This document shows positions 40,124 to 52,974 of a DNA stretch of 64,000 nucleotides, in pieces; within the stretch, counting starts at the first letter, position 1, and the number at the start of each line of letters is the position of its first letter. The notes beneath the pieces were generated by a model. That model was not told the origin of the DNA. It ran no database searches and was given only the letters and a program-made list of their open reading frames with translations. A program made the position numbers and the translations under genes. Source of the DNA: Klebsormidium nitens (Eukaryota; Plantae; Klebsormidiophyceae); assembly GCA_000708835.1 (NCBI GenBank), contig DF237015.1:185502-249501 (forward strand), written 5' to 3'.

Positions 40124-41421
40124 CGGTGCTAAATTAGGGCGTCGTGAATTCGGGCATTTATCGTCGATCGGTCGCACGACGGTCCCGGGATTTACCCCTG
40201 CACCCCGTGAGTACTTCCGAAATCTCACGGGGAATTCCCCGGGTGCGTCCCGGGGTCGCCGGGGGTCGGAACGAGCAATATTCAGAGGATCCCCGGGTTT
40301 TCCCGGGATAATATGGGGTTTTACCTGATAAATGTACCAACTTGACGTCACGCCATAAATATTTTAAAGAGATATATATCTGTGGAAATTTACATGCATG
40401 CTGCATGGGGTGTTCTGAGCATAATTACAAAGCGCCATCAGAAGTTGATCCCCAGAAGTGGTAGTTCATGGGGCTTTTGTAAAGGTTCCTCCATTTTGAA
40501 GGCGCCCCATGAAAATTACACAAAGCTCCTCCTTCATATAGCTTTGGGGAGGAGGATGAAGTGGGCCGTGGCCAAACCTGCCCGGTTGAAGCCTGATTAG
40601 AATGTGGTACGTACTGTCCAACGCTCGCCGACTCGCGAGTAGGTACCGTCGGTCCCCCTTAGTACGGTATTAGCAGTGACTCTCGAGTACCGCATAGGTG
40701 TCTGGGCGGGTACCTACCGGTTTTCCGAGTCGGTACCATGAAAAGGGATGTACCGTACACAGTTGAATGCTAACCCAGGGCCTAGGCCCCTTTACTACCT
40801 ATTTTCCGTATAGCTCTCCCAGAGCGGTTATCAAGCGATCGGTTTACCGGATTACCTTACCGGTATTCTGACATGTAGGTACCTACGGTACCTATGTCGT
40901 GTTTCGTACCGGCGTACCATTGAAGCCGAAGTCATGTGGCCCGTGGGTACCTACCGTATTTATCGTGGAAGGACCCATACCGGTCCCGACCGCTACGGGT
41001 AAAATAGGTGGGTAAGCTACCGGTAGGTACCGGCCGTATCTACCTACCGTACAAGTTTACGGGTACATTTAACTCATAGGTATACGGTAGGTGGGTATTA
41101 CTAGGTAGGTACCGTAGGTACTACCTGAGTAGGCTAGTACCTACGGTACCTACTCGTACCTAGGTACCTTGCTACCGTATGCGCGGCGCCCGGGATAGTG
41201 CCGTTGACTAAATCTTTCCAACTACTGGTATCGAATCGAGAACTGAGACTTGCGGCCTTGGTTTGGCTCCCCGTAGGACTCTCGCGCCGTCCCACGACGG
41301 TGCCGCGATAATCCCCTTTCGAAAATTGTATCGATGTGGACCTCGCGTGGGCGGTCCCGGGACGGACCCGGCACCGACCCTCGTGAATTGCGGCAATTCA
41401 CGAGGATCAAATAAAGCACCG
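40124..41421. mobile_element. 1.3-kb non-autonomous Tc1/mariner-type TIR element with TA target-site duplication
   Basis: TA|CGGTGCT...AGCACCG|TA. The two ends align without gaps over about 65 bp with identical spacing: CGGTGCT-N11-TCGTGAATT-N17-TCGGT-N9-GTCCCGGGA. Internal hairpins include cctcgtgaattgc-g-gcaattcacgagg and ccccgtgag...ctcacgggg. No transposase ORF. Confidence 0.8.
40607..41180. repeat. GTAC/GGTACC/TACCGTA-rich cryptic simple repeat inside the TIR element
   Basis: By hand count: about 23 GTAC, 10 GGTACC and 9 TAC(C/G)GTA words in about 570 bp. Confidence 0.8.
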
Positions 41422-41954
41422 TAGATATCTCGTGTCCGGCGTAACATATGCAGATCCGATCACTTCAATTCTCGGGTTCTCCGCATGCCAGCTGCATGCA
41501 ATTGGCAATCCCAGCTAGAAACGACCGGTCCTCGGCCGTATTGCATTTAAGTTTATTCCTAAACAATTTATTGCATACGTGGTTTATTCCAAAACCCAGT
41601 CTCATAATCTGCGTCTAATGATGGGTATGCATATCCGCCTTCCGGACAACTGCAAAGAAGCCGAAAGCCCATGCCGCTTCTAAGAGATGGCTTTAGCCTA
41701 CAGATGTTACTGTAATTGCTCATCGAGCCTAGCTAGAGCCCAGCGCGCGGAACATGCAGGTGCTGGTTGCGGCCGCCTGGCGTGCCGCGGCCGCCCAAAA
41801 CCGTTGCTCAAAGCGCGCGCCGGGGCGGCCGCCCGTGTACGGTATGCTGCAGAGGAGACTGAGCTTCTTTGAGCCGTCCGATTCATCGAGACCCCGTAAT
41901 CTGACGCTAAAAATTCGCCGTCCAGCTCCGCTGATCTGGCCACGCAGAGGACGA

Positions 41955-41962
41955 TTTGGCGG
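41955..41962 (+). promoter_or_regulatory. Candidate E2F site (TTTGGCGG) upstream of WDHD1
   Basis: Matches the plant WTTSSCSS consensus about 590 bp upstream of the ATG of a DNA-replication gene. Motif match only. Confidence 0.3.
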
Positions 41963-42545
41963 GTGACTTTTGAAGCGTGGCGCCAGTCTGCGCAGTGCGC
42001 ACTGCGGAAGCACTGCACTCACCTGCACTACTACTAGGTAACTCTGCCACTGCAGTCATGCATTGGTCCTTCCACTTCGAGTTCTGGCAGACTTGGCAGT
42101 GGCGAAGTGTCCATAGCATTTCCAAGGATTCTCCTTGATCCGGCTAGGGCATTAAAGAGGCTAAGGGCACCTACTCGCGTCAAGAAAAAGTTTGATTCAG
42201 GCTCTAGATGCTCACGCGGAGTCACGGACCAACAAGAAGTTTCCAGATGCTTGGCCGCAATTGATCCTGGATTCGCAGACTTTGGTTTGTACCAGCATTT
42301 GTAGGATTGAGCATTGTTCCCGGCTTTATTTTTGGGGAAAGTCTGCACCACCAAGTACGTCAATACCTAGCGCAAATTACATCAGGAGCGCTGATTAGCA
42401 GGGGTAGCCAGGTCTGACTGCAATCTGCAGATTTGACAATTGATCGTTCCATATTGATGTGCAGACAACTGGTGAGGAGCTGCGAGCTGGCAAACACTGA
42501 CGCATCGAGCAGCTCTGCATCCCTCAAAAGGTCAAGAAGGCTGCA

Positions 42546-45500
42546 ATGGGTCTCAGAAAAGCTGGAACCTCCAGACCTCGTCTTGTTGACAACGTTGCTG
42601 CCCATGCAAACGGACTAACGCACATTGCCTGGTCCACAAATGGCAAGCACGTTCTGACTGGGGGCTGTGATGGAAAGGTTACGATTGCTGTGGCCCCATC
42701 CAAGGATGTAGAGGCAAAGACAGTGTGCAGCATAAATGACCATGAGGAGCCGATCACAGCACTGGCCGTCAGCCCCAGTGGGAAGCACTTTGCGTCTGCG
42801 GCTGAAGATCACATAGTGAAGCTATACAGCTATCCTGGTGAGCTTTCTCTTAACTTCTGCTCTGCCAATACACTACAATTGCCCCAGCTTGCGTGCAAAT
42901 GTTGGGTCCGCAACTGTCACAGAAAATCCCTTCAAAAACTCAATCCTTCCAGCTTGTTTTGTTAGGAAGTCATCAGCAAGATAAAGAGGCACACTTGACA
43001 AAGACTCTGTAGAATCAATATCCACTTCTAGATCCTCCAGCACACTTGGTCAGAAGCCTCGTAGTATCTTTAGAGCCGATCTCTGGATACCTGCATCATT
43101 TTGGTGACTTAAGACCTACTTGTCAGGTAAGTCCGCTATGCTTGCCAAAATCTGTGGAAAAGATGTTCTGACTGCGTCCAGATCCTCTAGCACGTCAGTT
43201 CAAAGCCTTTGAATTCTTGCGGAGTTCCTTTAGCTGTCCCCATGAATCAGGACTTTCTCGTCCTTTGCAGATAGCAAGCTCGATGGTAACCAGAAGCCTC
43301 TTCAAGCACTTCAAAGGCAATCGCTGAGAACCTGCAACTGTCTCCATGACTCGCGAATCCTTCCTTCCTTTTGCAGATGGCAGGTTTGACAGCAACGTCA
43401 CGCGCTTCGCCCTGCCCCTCCGCTCCCTCGCCTTCAGCGCCACCGGCGGGACCCTCGCGGCCGGGGGCGACGACGAGGGAATCCGTCTGATCTCCGTAGC
43501 CGATGCCTCCATCTCACAAGTGCTGAAAGGGCACCGTGGCTCCGTGAGCAGCCTAGCGTTTGACCCCCAGCACACACTCCTCGGCAGCAGCGGCAGCGAT
43601 GGCACCATTTTGGTGCATGACATTGAGGCGGCAAAAGTGGTACACGAGCTGCGTGAGGTGGCGCCGAAAGGAAAATCAGAGGAAGGGTTTGGGAACACAG
43701 TGGGGTGGCATCCGGACGGGAAGCTGATGGCGGTACCTGGGGCGGAGAATCAGGTAAGTCGGTCCGAAGGTCAATTTCGTTCGTCCCCGTTCAAAGGGTT
43801 TTACTCGTGGGCCCAAGAGTGAGGAAATCTGTTCAAAGTTCATCTCGCTGATTCCCGTCCTAAAGGGCTTACCTCCTGGGCTCGAGGATGAGGTGTATCT
43901 ATTCAGAGATCCCTTAGTCAGTTTCCATTTCCAAGGGTTTTCTCCAACATAGGCCGTGATGTTAGGAAGGTCCTCTTCTCCCTGTGCATAGGGCCTGGTG
44001 GTGTGATCTTGTAGTATATTGACAGTAGCTAGGCAAATATCTGCTAGAAGAGAACGGGCTTGCTCTCTCCATTTGGTAAATACTCATCAGAGACTGCGTC
44101 AGTGGAGGCGTCCATCCACCTTCATCAAAGAGTATGCTTCACCTGAAGATGCACCACGGCAAATCTTGACGTCACTTCTCTGCTGTCAACAGATTCTATA
44201 CAAAGACCGTGTCAGCATTTCGATTACCTACACTTCCAATCAACAAGTAACTTGCAAGGTGACCCCGACAAGTTCCTGAGTCGCTTCTCGTCCGTAAACA
44301 GATCCTCATCATAGACCCTGTTGGCAAAGAGTTCCATTTTCTCTAAACGACATTCACTTGAGGCGCTGAAAGTTGCCTTTACCCACAAACAAAGAGTACG
44401 ATACTCACAAACATACCCTCCGGCAAATGTCCAACGTCAGTCCCTTCCTGTTGACAGATCCTCGTCATCGACCGAGTCAGCGGAGAGGTCGCTTTCTCTC
44501 TGAGCGACATCCACACACAGGCGGTGGCCACTCTTGCCTGGTCTCCCAATGGCCGCTACCTCGCCAGTGCAGACCGGGATCAGGTGGTTCTTATTTGGGA
44601 CATGGCAAAGCGGGATGTTTTGGGGCGGTATGATCACGTGGCCGACATTTCGGGCCTTGCGTGGCGGCCCGGCGGGAACGACCTGGCAGTGGCAGACTGG
44701 GGAGGCAATGTGAGGGGCCAGAAATCACATGTTCCTCAATGCTGACACCTATACGGGCCTTTATCGTTTTTGCAGTCCTCTTCAATTTGCAACTTTTGAC
44801 TCGTCATGTATTTTGGCAAGCTCTCCGAAATCAAGATGTTTTGTTTTGAACTACAGGACAGGACTCTCATTGTTACGATGTTGTAAGTTAGCTTGCCTGT
44901 TGATGACAGCAGTACCAGTAACACATTCAACATAAAACTATAAAAAAATTGTTGAGAGAAATGTTTCCACAAGGGGTTTCTTTCAAGATCATAATCTTCT
45001 GCACGAAGCTTGTCCAGCTCCGACTTCAGCTGAGCCCGACACCGCTCTCATCTTGCAGTACGGCATCTGGGAGTCCGCCATCCCCTTCCACCTCCCCAGC
45101 CCCTGCGGCTCTTCCGAGGCCGTCGAACCAGAAGTGTCCCTCCGTTTCAGCATGCACGACTCGGACGAAGACGACAACTCACCCAGAAACAGTCAGGGCA
45201 CCAGCAGCGGAGACCCAGAACTAGACGGCGATGACGAAGAAGCCCCGGGAAAGGAAACCCGACATGCGCCGCCGGCTAAGAAGGCTGCCAAGCCCGTTGC
45301 GAAAGAGGGAAGTGCGCTGGCAAAGGAAACTAGGGATGAGGTCAGGATTGTGGCGGCGGCGGTGCCGATGCAACCGCCGTTTCAGTCCGGGGGCACAAGC
45401 GGGAACACCAGCCGGCGGCACTTTCTGGTGTACAACATGCTGGGGTGCGTCACATCGCAGCAGGAAGAGGGGCATGCGACGGTCCAGGTAGGTGTACTGA

Positions 45501-48500
45501 TCAGTACTGGTCTTCACTTCATGTGCTATTTGCTGCTCATTGCTTATCCGTTGACTATTCAGCTGTGCCTCGTGAAGGTCTATCATGTGCTTGATCGACC
45601 TGGAATACAGGGAGTCTTGAGACCAGATCCTGCGCCACATAGTCATCTCTTATGAAGGAACCTCTGATGAAGCTCAGATTCTGGGGTGCGCTGCACTGCC
45701 GGGGTCAGGCGCTGGGGTTTGGAGGCTTCTATCTGAGCTCAGCAACAGTCCGCGGAACGTTTCAAGAAACGGTCCGACAGGGCCCGTTGTTCAAGAGCTT
45801 TTCGCTTCAGAAGCCCTGACATCAAGTTGCCACACCTGCCCCTCATGCATTCCCTAACACCAACCCCAACTCGGCATTCCACAGATGATCTAGAAGAATT
45901 TGCCGGCCCGATCAACTTCCCTCCCATTTTTGCTGGTAGAGTTCCCGACACCAGCCACGCCGGCAGTCGCCTGGGTCGTGCGGTCAGCCAAACCTGCGAT
46001 GGCCCTTTTCTCGATGCAGAATCCCAGACTTTCAACAGCCACATACGTTAAAAAAAATTTCCGGCCTGATCATTTTCTCTCCCATTTCTGCAGGTAGAGT
46101 TCCACGACACCAGCCGTGCCGGCAGCCGTCTCCCCGCCCTCACCGACTTCTTCGGTTTCACAATGGCTGCCCTTGGAGACGCGGGAGCGCTCCTCGCGGC
46201 GCCGAAGCGGGGCGGCAAGTCGCCGAGCGCTCTCATGTTCCGGCCGCTCTCGAGCTGGGCGCCAAACGCGGAGGTGGGAGTTTTATTGCTTCTCTGCCGA
46301 GTAGCGCTCTTGCTCTTGCTCTTGCTCTTGCTCTTGCTCTTGTTTTTGCTGCAGAGTTGATGAAGTTTCTGCAGCCCGAAAGAGTGGACACTCCAAGTGT
46401 AGACCATTCTCGAGCTGGGCCCCGAATGCGGAGGTGGGTACCTTTTCCTGCTTCTCTGCCGATTGTTGTTCTTGCTGCCGGATCTGGTACGAGTTTGCGG
46501 AGGTGTAGTGTCAAATCTACAAGTAAGCCTTGTTCTCGGGCGGGCTTTTATCTGAACGCCAAACCTCTTGCTCAGGAACCTATTGAATCTGAAAAAGCTC
46601 GAGGGGGTCCGCAGATTGGCGCCGAAAGCAGCCTACCGCGAAGATCGATGGGCGATTTCAACTATCTCGCCGTTTCAACAATTGGAATCGGCAAAGTGAC
46701 CGTGCACGCAACTCCGTCTTTTGCAGTGGTCTGTTCGCTTGCCCGAGAGCGAGGAAGTGCTGGCGATCGCTCTGGGGCGCTCCTTTATCGCCGCTGCCAC
46801 TTCCCTCGGTGTGCTGCGGATATTCTCTCTGGCCGGGGTGCAAGTAAGGCGGTCGTCTCATGTGCCTCGTCCGTCTAACGTCGTTCTTTGGATGTTATTG
46901 CTGATACGGCCCGAGAGGAACATTCTCGACTCCACCGTTTGTGCTTTTTCCTTCTGGTCAAGTGATTTGGGGTTGCTATCACGATGGCCAGAATACTCCC
47001 GGTTCCAGGAGGAGCACTTGACAAGCCACTTTCACGCAGGCGCTCTTACAGAGTGATGGCTGATTGCTTTCGATTGGAATTTTATTTTCTTGATCTTTTG
47101 CTTTTCGGTCGTTTTAACGAAACCATTTCTGCAAACGGAGGTGTCAAAATAACGAAGGGTCCGCTCGTTATTTTGACAAGACCCGCGTTCGCCACCAGGA
47201 TCCTTAATAGCCTCTTTGCAGCGCTTCGTGGAGTTTTCAAGCCCAAATCTGGCATCTCTGGTAGAAAACCGTATGATTTTCTGAGTAGTTAAATCTTTCC
47301 CACTTTCTGGAGACGAGGAGTTTACGCAACAGCTCAGACTTGGCCTGCAGCAAACGTTAGAAAAATTGGTTTTGTGGTTTCTGAAGTTCATGCCTTCTTT
47401 TGCAGCGTTTTGTGGCCAGCTTATCCGGGCCCGTGGTGTCTCTGGCTGCGCACGAGAGCCGACTGGCGGTCGTGACCCACGCGGGCGCTCCTCTGCCGGA
47501 TGGAAGCCAGGTCAGCACCCGGGGTTTTTGCTTTCTCTCTCTCATTCCGCATTTCATATTTCCCTCGTCTCGGACACCCTGTCTCTTTCTCCTTTGTTCC
47601 ACGAAGACTCGCACCCTCTTGCAATCCCCCTAACCTGAGGAGGGGAAGCGATTCCGGTTCCTGGGAAAGACGACATTGCGGACAAGGCAACTCCCTTAAG
47701 CAGATCTCGTTCCGTGTCTATTTTCGAGAACGTGGAGGGGGGAAAAAGCGCGTACGCTCAGAGCCGCCTGCTCGGCGATTTAAAAAGTACTCTAGACTGG
47801 CCTTGTATCTGCCAATATTGCTGAGGTTGCTCACTGAACCGTTCTTTCCAAATCTTTATAGCCATAGCTATACTAGTTTTGGGAGTCGCTGAGTGGGACT
47901 TTTGGTCGCTGAGTGTTGTCCTCTTGTTGTCGACCCTCTCAAGACTCGCGCATAGAACCGTCATCTGCGTTCCCTTCGCAGGTTTGGGAAGTCGCTCAGT
48001 TGAAAATCAAGTCGCACGCGCTGTCAATGCGTTGGCAAATGTCGCCAATTCCCAACGCTCGTGCATATGACTAATTTGCTGACTTTGTACTCTTTTGCGC
48101 AGACTCTGGAAGTCGCTCAGTAGACTGCCGGGTCGCACGCGTTATCTGTGGGTTTGGCAAGTATGACCGATTCCCCACATATGACCAGGTTTTTCTTTTT
48201 CACTGGATTTCGCAGGTGCTAGAAGTCGCTCAGTGGGACATCGGATCGCACGCGTTGTGTGGCCCGAGGGGCGCGCCCCTGAGGCTGGCTCTGAGCCCCA
48301 AGGCTACGCTGACGTGGCTCGGCTTCACGGAGGAGGGCCAGCTGGCAACCTATGATTCGCAGGTGCGGAACTTCTGACAACCCACACGAACGGGTGTTCG
48401 AATCAGACTAATGCAATTGAGTGAAACTAATCCACGTGAATCAGACTGATTCAACTGACTCAGACTCACCCAGCTGAACTAGACTAACCCTGTTAACCTA

Positions 48501-51500
48501 CACAACCCAAAAGTATTCAAAACCACGTTCGCCAGTGCATTGGGGCCAGGCCGCCAACGGCAGTTGTCCGATCGATGTCTGGTTAGCCTTCGACCTTCGA
48601 TCTTCGAGAAGAGGCATCTGTTTGCTTTCGGATTTGTTGTGGAGGCAAAATCTTCAGGCTTAGGTCGGATGCATACATTGTGGCTTCGCTGCTCAAACAG
48701 CACCGCCAGAATCGCACTCCATCTCAACTCTAAAAGGTGCTGCGATTATGTGCCTCATCCTCTTTTTTCCGGCTCTTCGACTCCACTCGAAATGGAAAAC
48801 CCCGCCTGCGTCCAGATTAGGAACTGAAGGAACGCAACTTTTTCGTCCTTCTTTCAGGGGATGCTGCGCGTGTTGGTCGAAGAAATGGGCGGCTGCTGGG
48901 TGCCTTTCTTCAGGTGAGCTTCTTCAAATGACTCACGCAGATTAGTAAGCAAGGGACCGGCCATCGGACGTCTGGTTTGGGCCTTCGAACGGTAATAAGG
49001 ACCTTGGACTTACATTTGTCTTCCAATCTTGGAGCCCGGAACTTCAATGCCATAACTCGCTTTGAATATGGTCAAACCAGAGGGCTTCAGGCTGCCCCTT
49101 TCCCTTTCTGCATTCGAACTCGCCTAGGAAGAGATGTGAGCATTGTGTCAAGTCAACCCCTTGGATAAGAGCGATCTCTGAAAGAATATCAGTTCGAGGC
49201 AGTCTCGCACACTGCTCTGGTCCTCAGCAGAGCGTTTTTCCTAGACGAATATTGCCTGTTACTCTTCAGTACCCGTCCCGGGATTGCCTGCACAAGACGA
49301 TAGGATCTTCCCCGCCTTTTCTCACTCCTAAGAAGACGCACCTTTTTATCGCAGTTCTGCGAGCGAGCGGAAGAGTGCAAGCGAGCGCCACTGGGTGGTG
49401 GGCGTCGGCGACAAGGACCTGTACTGCATCCTGTGCAAGGCGGACGGACCGGACGCACAGCCGCAGGTGAGGACGACTTTCGGACGGTCCGCATACACAA
49501 CCGTGGATGTGAGGCTGATCTTGGACGGTGGGGATATCAAGATACGAGAGACTTCTTCGACGGACAAGCATTTATACAATCGCTGAAGGCGATTTTTGCA
49601 TGGTCTGACTTTTAATGAGAGGCTTGAGAGGATTAATGGAGGGCCGAATGCTAGTAAGCCCGAGGCGAAACCCTTCGGACGGTCAAGATGCTAAAAGCTC
49701 AGCTGCGGCGCCCGAACGGAGGAAGATCGGAGGAGTCCTGCTCCCACAGTCTTGTTTGCGCTGCTTTCATCTTAACCGTTTGTTTCCAACGCAAACAGAT
49801 CTTGAAGCGACTATTTACTCCTGAAGCCCCCGTGGAAGAAGAATTGCTCATCTGAGCTGCTGCTGAATCGCACGGCACAACGCATCCGAACAGGGCTTCC
49901 TGTAGGATCTTTTGCAACTTGTCTGACTTTAGTGTACTGCAAAAGACAGGCCGCCTGGTGCTTCGACTTAACTGTGGACAGCTCAGGTTTGTCGGGCCAT
50001 TTTGCTTTCCTCGAAGTATATTCCGCTTGCGAAAGCTGCAAACATGGTCAGACGATCCAGAAAGACGACCCCGACCCTACGTAACAACATTGTTCAAGCG
50101 AGCGTTACAGGCACTGAAGGACTGATAACCAGATTGGCGACAGCTGTGTCGATGCTAGTACAGGATCGTGTTCACTTAGGAACAGATCTGCAGGCCAGGT
50201 TAGGTTGGTTTGGGGGTTTCGGATGGCCTAGGGTGTGGACCGCATAGTCGTTGAAGTTTCCAATTTTGCTTTGTCTGTGCACTAAACGGTTCTTGAGGTA
50301 ATTACCCGCTAAAAAAGGGCGTATGATCGCGGCCCGAAACGTCAGCACTAGTCATGCATAAGCAGAGAGTAGAGCTCGAGGAATATCACCGACACTTCGA
50401 TCTCTTGGCGACACAGGCGCAGAGGGGCATGGTTCCAGTTGCCATGTGACGTCAGTAGGAGCGGTACCGTGAACACCGATGTCGTCAGGTTGCGATACCC
50501 GCGCTTTTTTCCATGCCAGGTGGCCCCCGCCCCCGTGCTCCGGCTGCTCCCGCTGGCGGTGCCACTTCCGGAATGGTACCGCTTTTGAGCAGTTTCCAGG
50601 GGTTCCCAGGGGGTTGACTTCGCCCTTTTTGTCCGTGACAGGTGACCCTCCGCCCCGTGCTGCGGCTGTTCCCTCTGACAGAACCTCTTTTCCTCGAAAA
50701 TGTGCCAACAAACAAATTTTCCAGGGGTTAAATTTTTGCTCTTTCGCCCGTGGCAGGTGACCCCCCGTCCCGTGCTCCGGCTGCTCCCGCTGGCGCTGCC
50801 GCTGCTTCCGGGGGACAGCGCCGCCCTGGAAGAGGAGGGCGTCAGGCTGACGTTGCAGCGCGCGCGCGCGCAGGCGCACCCCAGGCGAGAGGAGGAGATC
50901 CTGGGGCTCGAGACCGCCCTGGACAGGAACCTGGTGCGCCAGATGGCGGCCGCCTGCGCAGGTACGTAACGCTGTGGGTCTTTTCTGTGGGTCTTTTCTG
51001 TGTGAGCGTTACGTGCTCTATGAGAAGATCTTGGGGCCCGAGACCGCCCTAAACAGGAACCTGGTGCGCCAGATGGCGGCCGCGTGCGCAGGTGGGAGGA
51101 AGCGTAACGCTCTAAGGGTTCCGTGATACAGGCGTTACTTGGCAACAAGCGGCAGGAATCTTTACCGCTCTTCCTGTGCGGGCCAGCTGGATCACACCGT
51201 GGAGAATTGTACTTTCGACTCCGTTAGGATTGCTGCTTAACCTCTCGGAGCGTTGCTGCATTACCCAACTCGAACGGCTGCCAAGGTGAACCCAGTGCCC
51301 GAAGACTCACGGACACTGCTACGGACACTCGGAAGGTTGTCCCACTTATATGACAGTCCCGGACGCTATTGAATAGTGATGCTAGTTCGCACTGCTCGAG
51401 CAATTGTCAAGGACGGGCCCGACGAATGTCCCTGCTCTACTTTCCGTACTATTCATTCTGGACGGGTTGCTGACGACATAGCGAGAACAACGCGGTGCAC

Positions 51501-52974
51501 CGCTCGAGCGATCTCTGAGGACCATCCCGAAAAGCCCGTTCATTCTCCTTTCCGTCTCTTTCGTGTTGGACAGCTCCCTGACGTCATCAGGAGAGTCCTG
51601 CAGGCTGCACCGCGATGCGCGCGCTCGAGCTATTGTCAAGGACGGCCCAAAAAGCCCTCCGCTCTCGTTGTCGTACCCTTCGTTCTCCACAGCTTGCTGA
51701 CGTCATCACGAGGCTCTTGCTGACGTCATCCAGTGGTTCCCGCAGGCGACAACGCGGTGCGCGCGCTCGAGCTCGCGAGCCAGCTGGTGCTGCACAAGTC
51801 GCTGGAGGGCGCGCGGCTGTACGCGTCCACTCTGCGGATGGGCGCGCTGGCCGATAGGATATCCGCCCTGCAGCAGGTGAGGGGGGCGCTTATGCTTCTA
51901 CGCTTAGATCGGGGTGCTGCTGCATAGGAGATCGGGGCGCACTTTGTGGAATACTGCTTAGGTCGAAGCTCTACCTGACACATCCCTACTGTTCATCCTA
52001 GTAAGCGCTTGTAGGATGACAGTCGACGGGTTGCAAATAGGCAGTTCATCATAAACAGGGTTAGCGCCTTTGCCTACCCAGAACGTCCCCAGGGGTTCGT
52101 ACGGGGGCACGTTGACGGTTCCCCGGTTAACCTTCTGGCAGCTTTCGCAAAGCGCGCTCTCTTTTGCAAACGAATCGCAGATGCACTTTTCGTTCAAGTC
52201 GATAATAAGTCCCTCTAAAGATACGCGCGGCAAACGAATCACAGATGCAGTTTTCGATTAAGTGAATAATAAGTCCCTCTAACGATACGCGCGGCTCTGC
52301 AACCCGCTCACTGTTTCAACCCTGTTTATCCCTGTAGCACACAGGTCTGTGGTATTTAACCAGGGCTGGCTAACCCCCTATTAGCAGCTGACTCGGCTGC
52401 TCAGGGCCTGCCTGAAGCCTGGTTAGGGTCTTTGGTTAACAGAAACGAATCTGTGCAGGACCAAATGGATGCGGAGGCCTCTCGCCCCCCTCCCGCCTAC
52501 TCGACGACCCCCGTTCCGTCCGTCCGGCCGCCCTCCTTCCCTGGCACCACGACACCTCTTCCGGCGGAACCTCGAGAGCCCCAACTGCCACCCGTTACCC
52601 CGGCGTTCACTCCCGACCTCAACCCTGCGTCTAAACCCTCATTCACGCCAGCCCCGAGCTCTAATCCCGACGTCACACCGGCCAAGCCGCAAGAACCGGC
52701 CGCCACTAAGCCCTCCCAACAGAAAGAGGCCCCCGCTACGGTGTCAAAACCGGAGCTGAAAATATCTTCCGTGTTTGGGGTCGCGAAAGAGATGAAGCCG
52801 AGCCCGTTTGCGAAAAAGGCGGCGCCCGCGGTCAAGGAATCGCTCATGAGCTCGCTGAGCTCGGCGCAGAAGCAGCAGGCCGTCGCGGCCGCGGCCGCGG
52901 CCGCGGGTGGGTTGAAGAGGAAGGGCTTGCAGAGCAGCGGGATGAGTAACGTCGCGAAAGCTCCCAGGAAGTAG
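42546..52974 (+). CDS. WDHD1: WD repeat and HMG-box DNA-binding protein 1 / AND-1 / CTF4 (about 13 exons)
   Basis: N-terminal WD40 repeats (AWSTNGKHVLTGGCDG; ITALAVSPSGKHFASAAEDHIVKLYSYP; DSNVTRFALPLRSLAFS...AAGGDDEGIRL). SepB/CTF4 domain (QPPFQSGGT...HFLVYNMLG; VEFHDT; QWSVRLPESEEVLAIALG; RIFSLAGVQ; LTWLGFTEEGQLATYDSQ; HWVVG). Helical part RALELASQL...LADRI. P/K-rich tail with PFAK, ending KAPRK*. Confidence 0.93.
46306..46341 (+). repeat. (GCTCTT)6 microsatellite in WDHD1 intron
   Basis: Six perfect hexamer units read directly. Confidence 0.95.

Noticed and set aside
50348-51148. 266-aa and 175-aa minus-strand ORFs with internal repeats
   Set aside because: They are antisense to a GC-rich WDHD1 exon and its echoes; the repeats are explained by the echo duplications.
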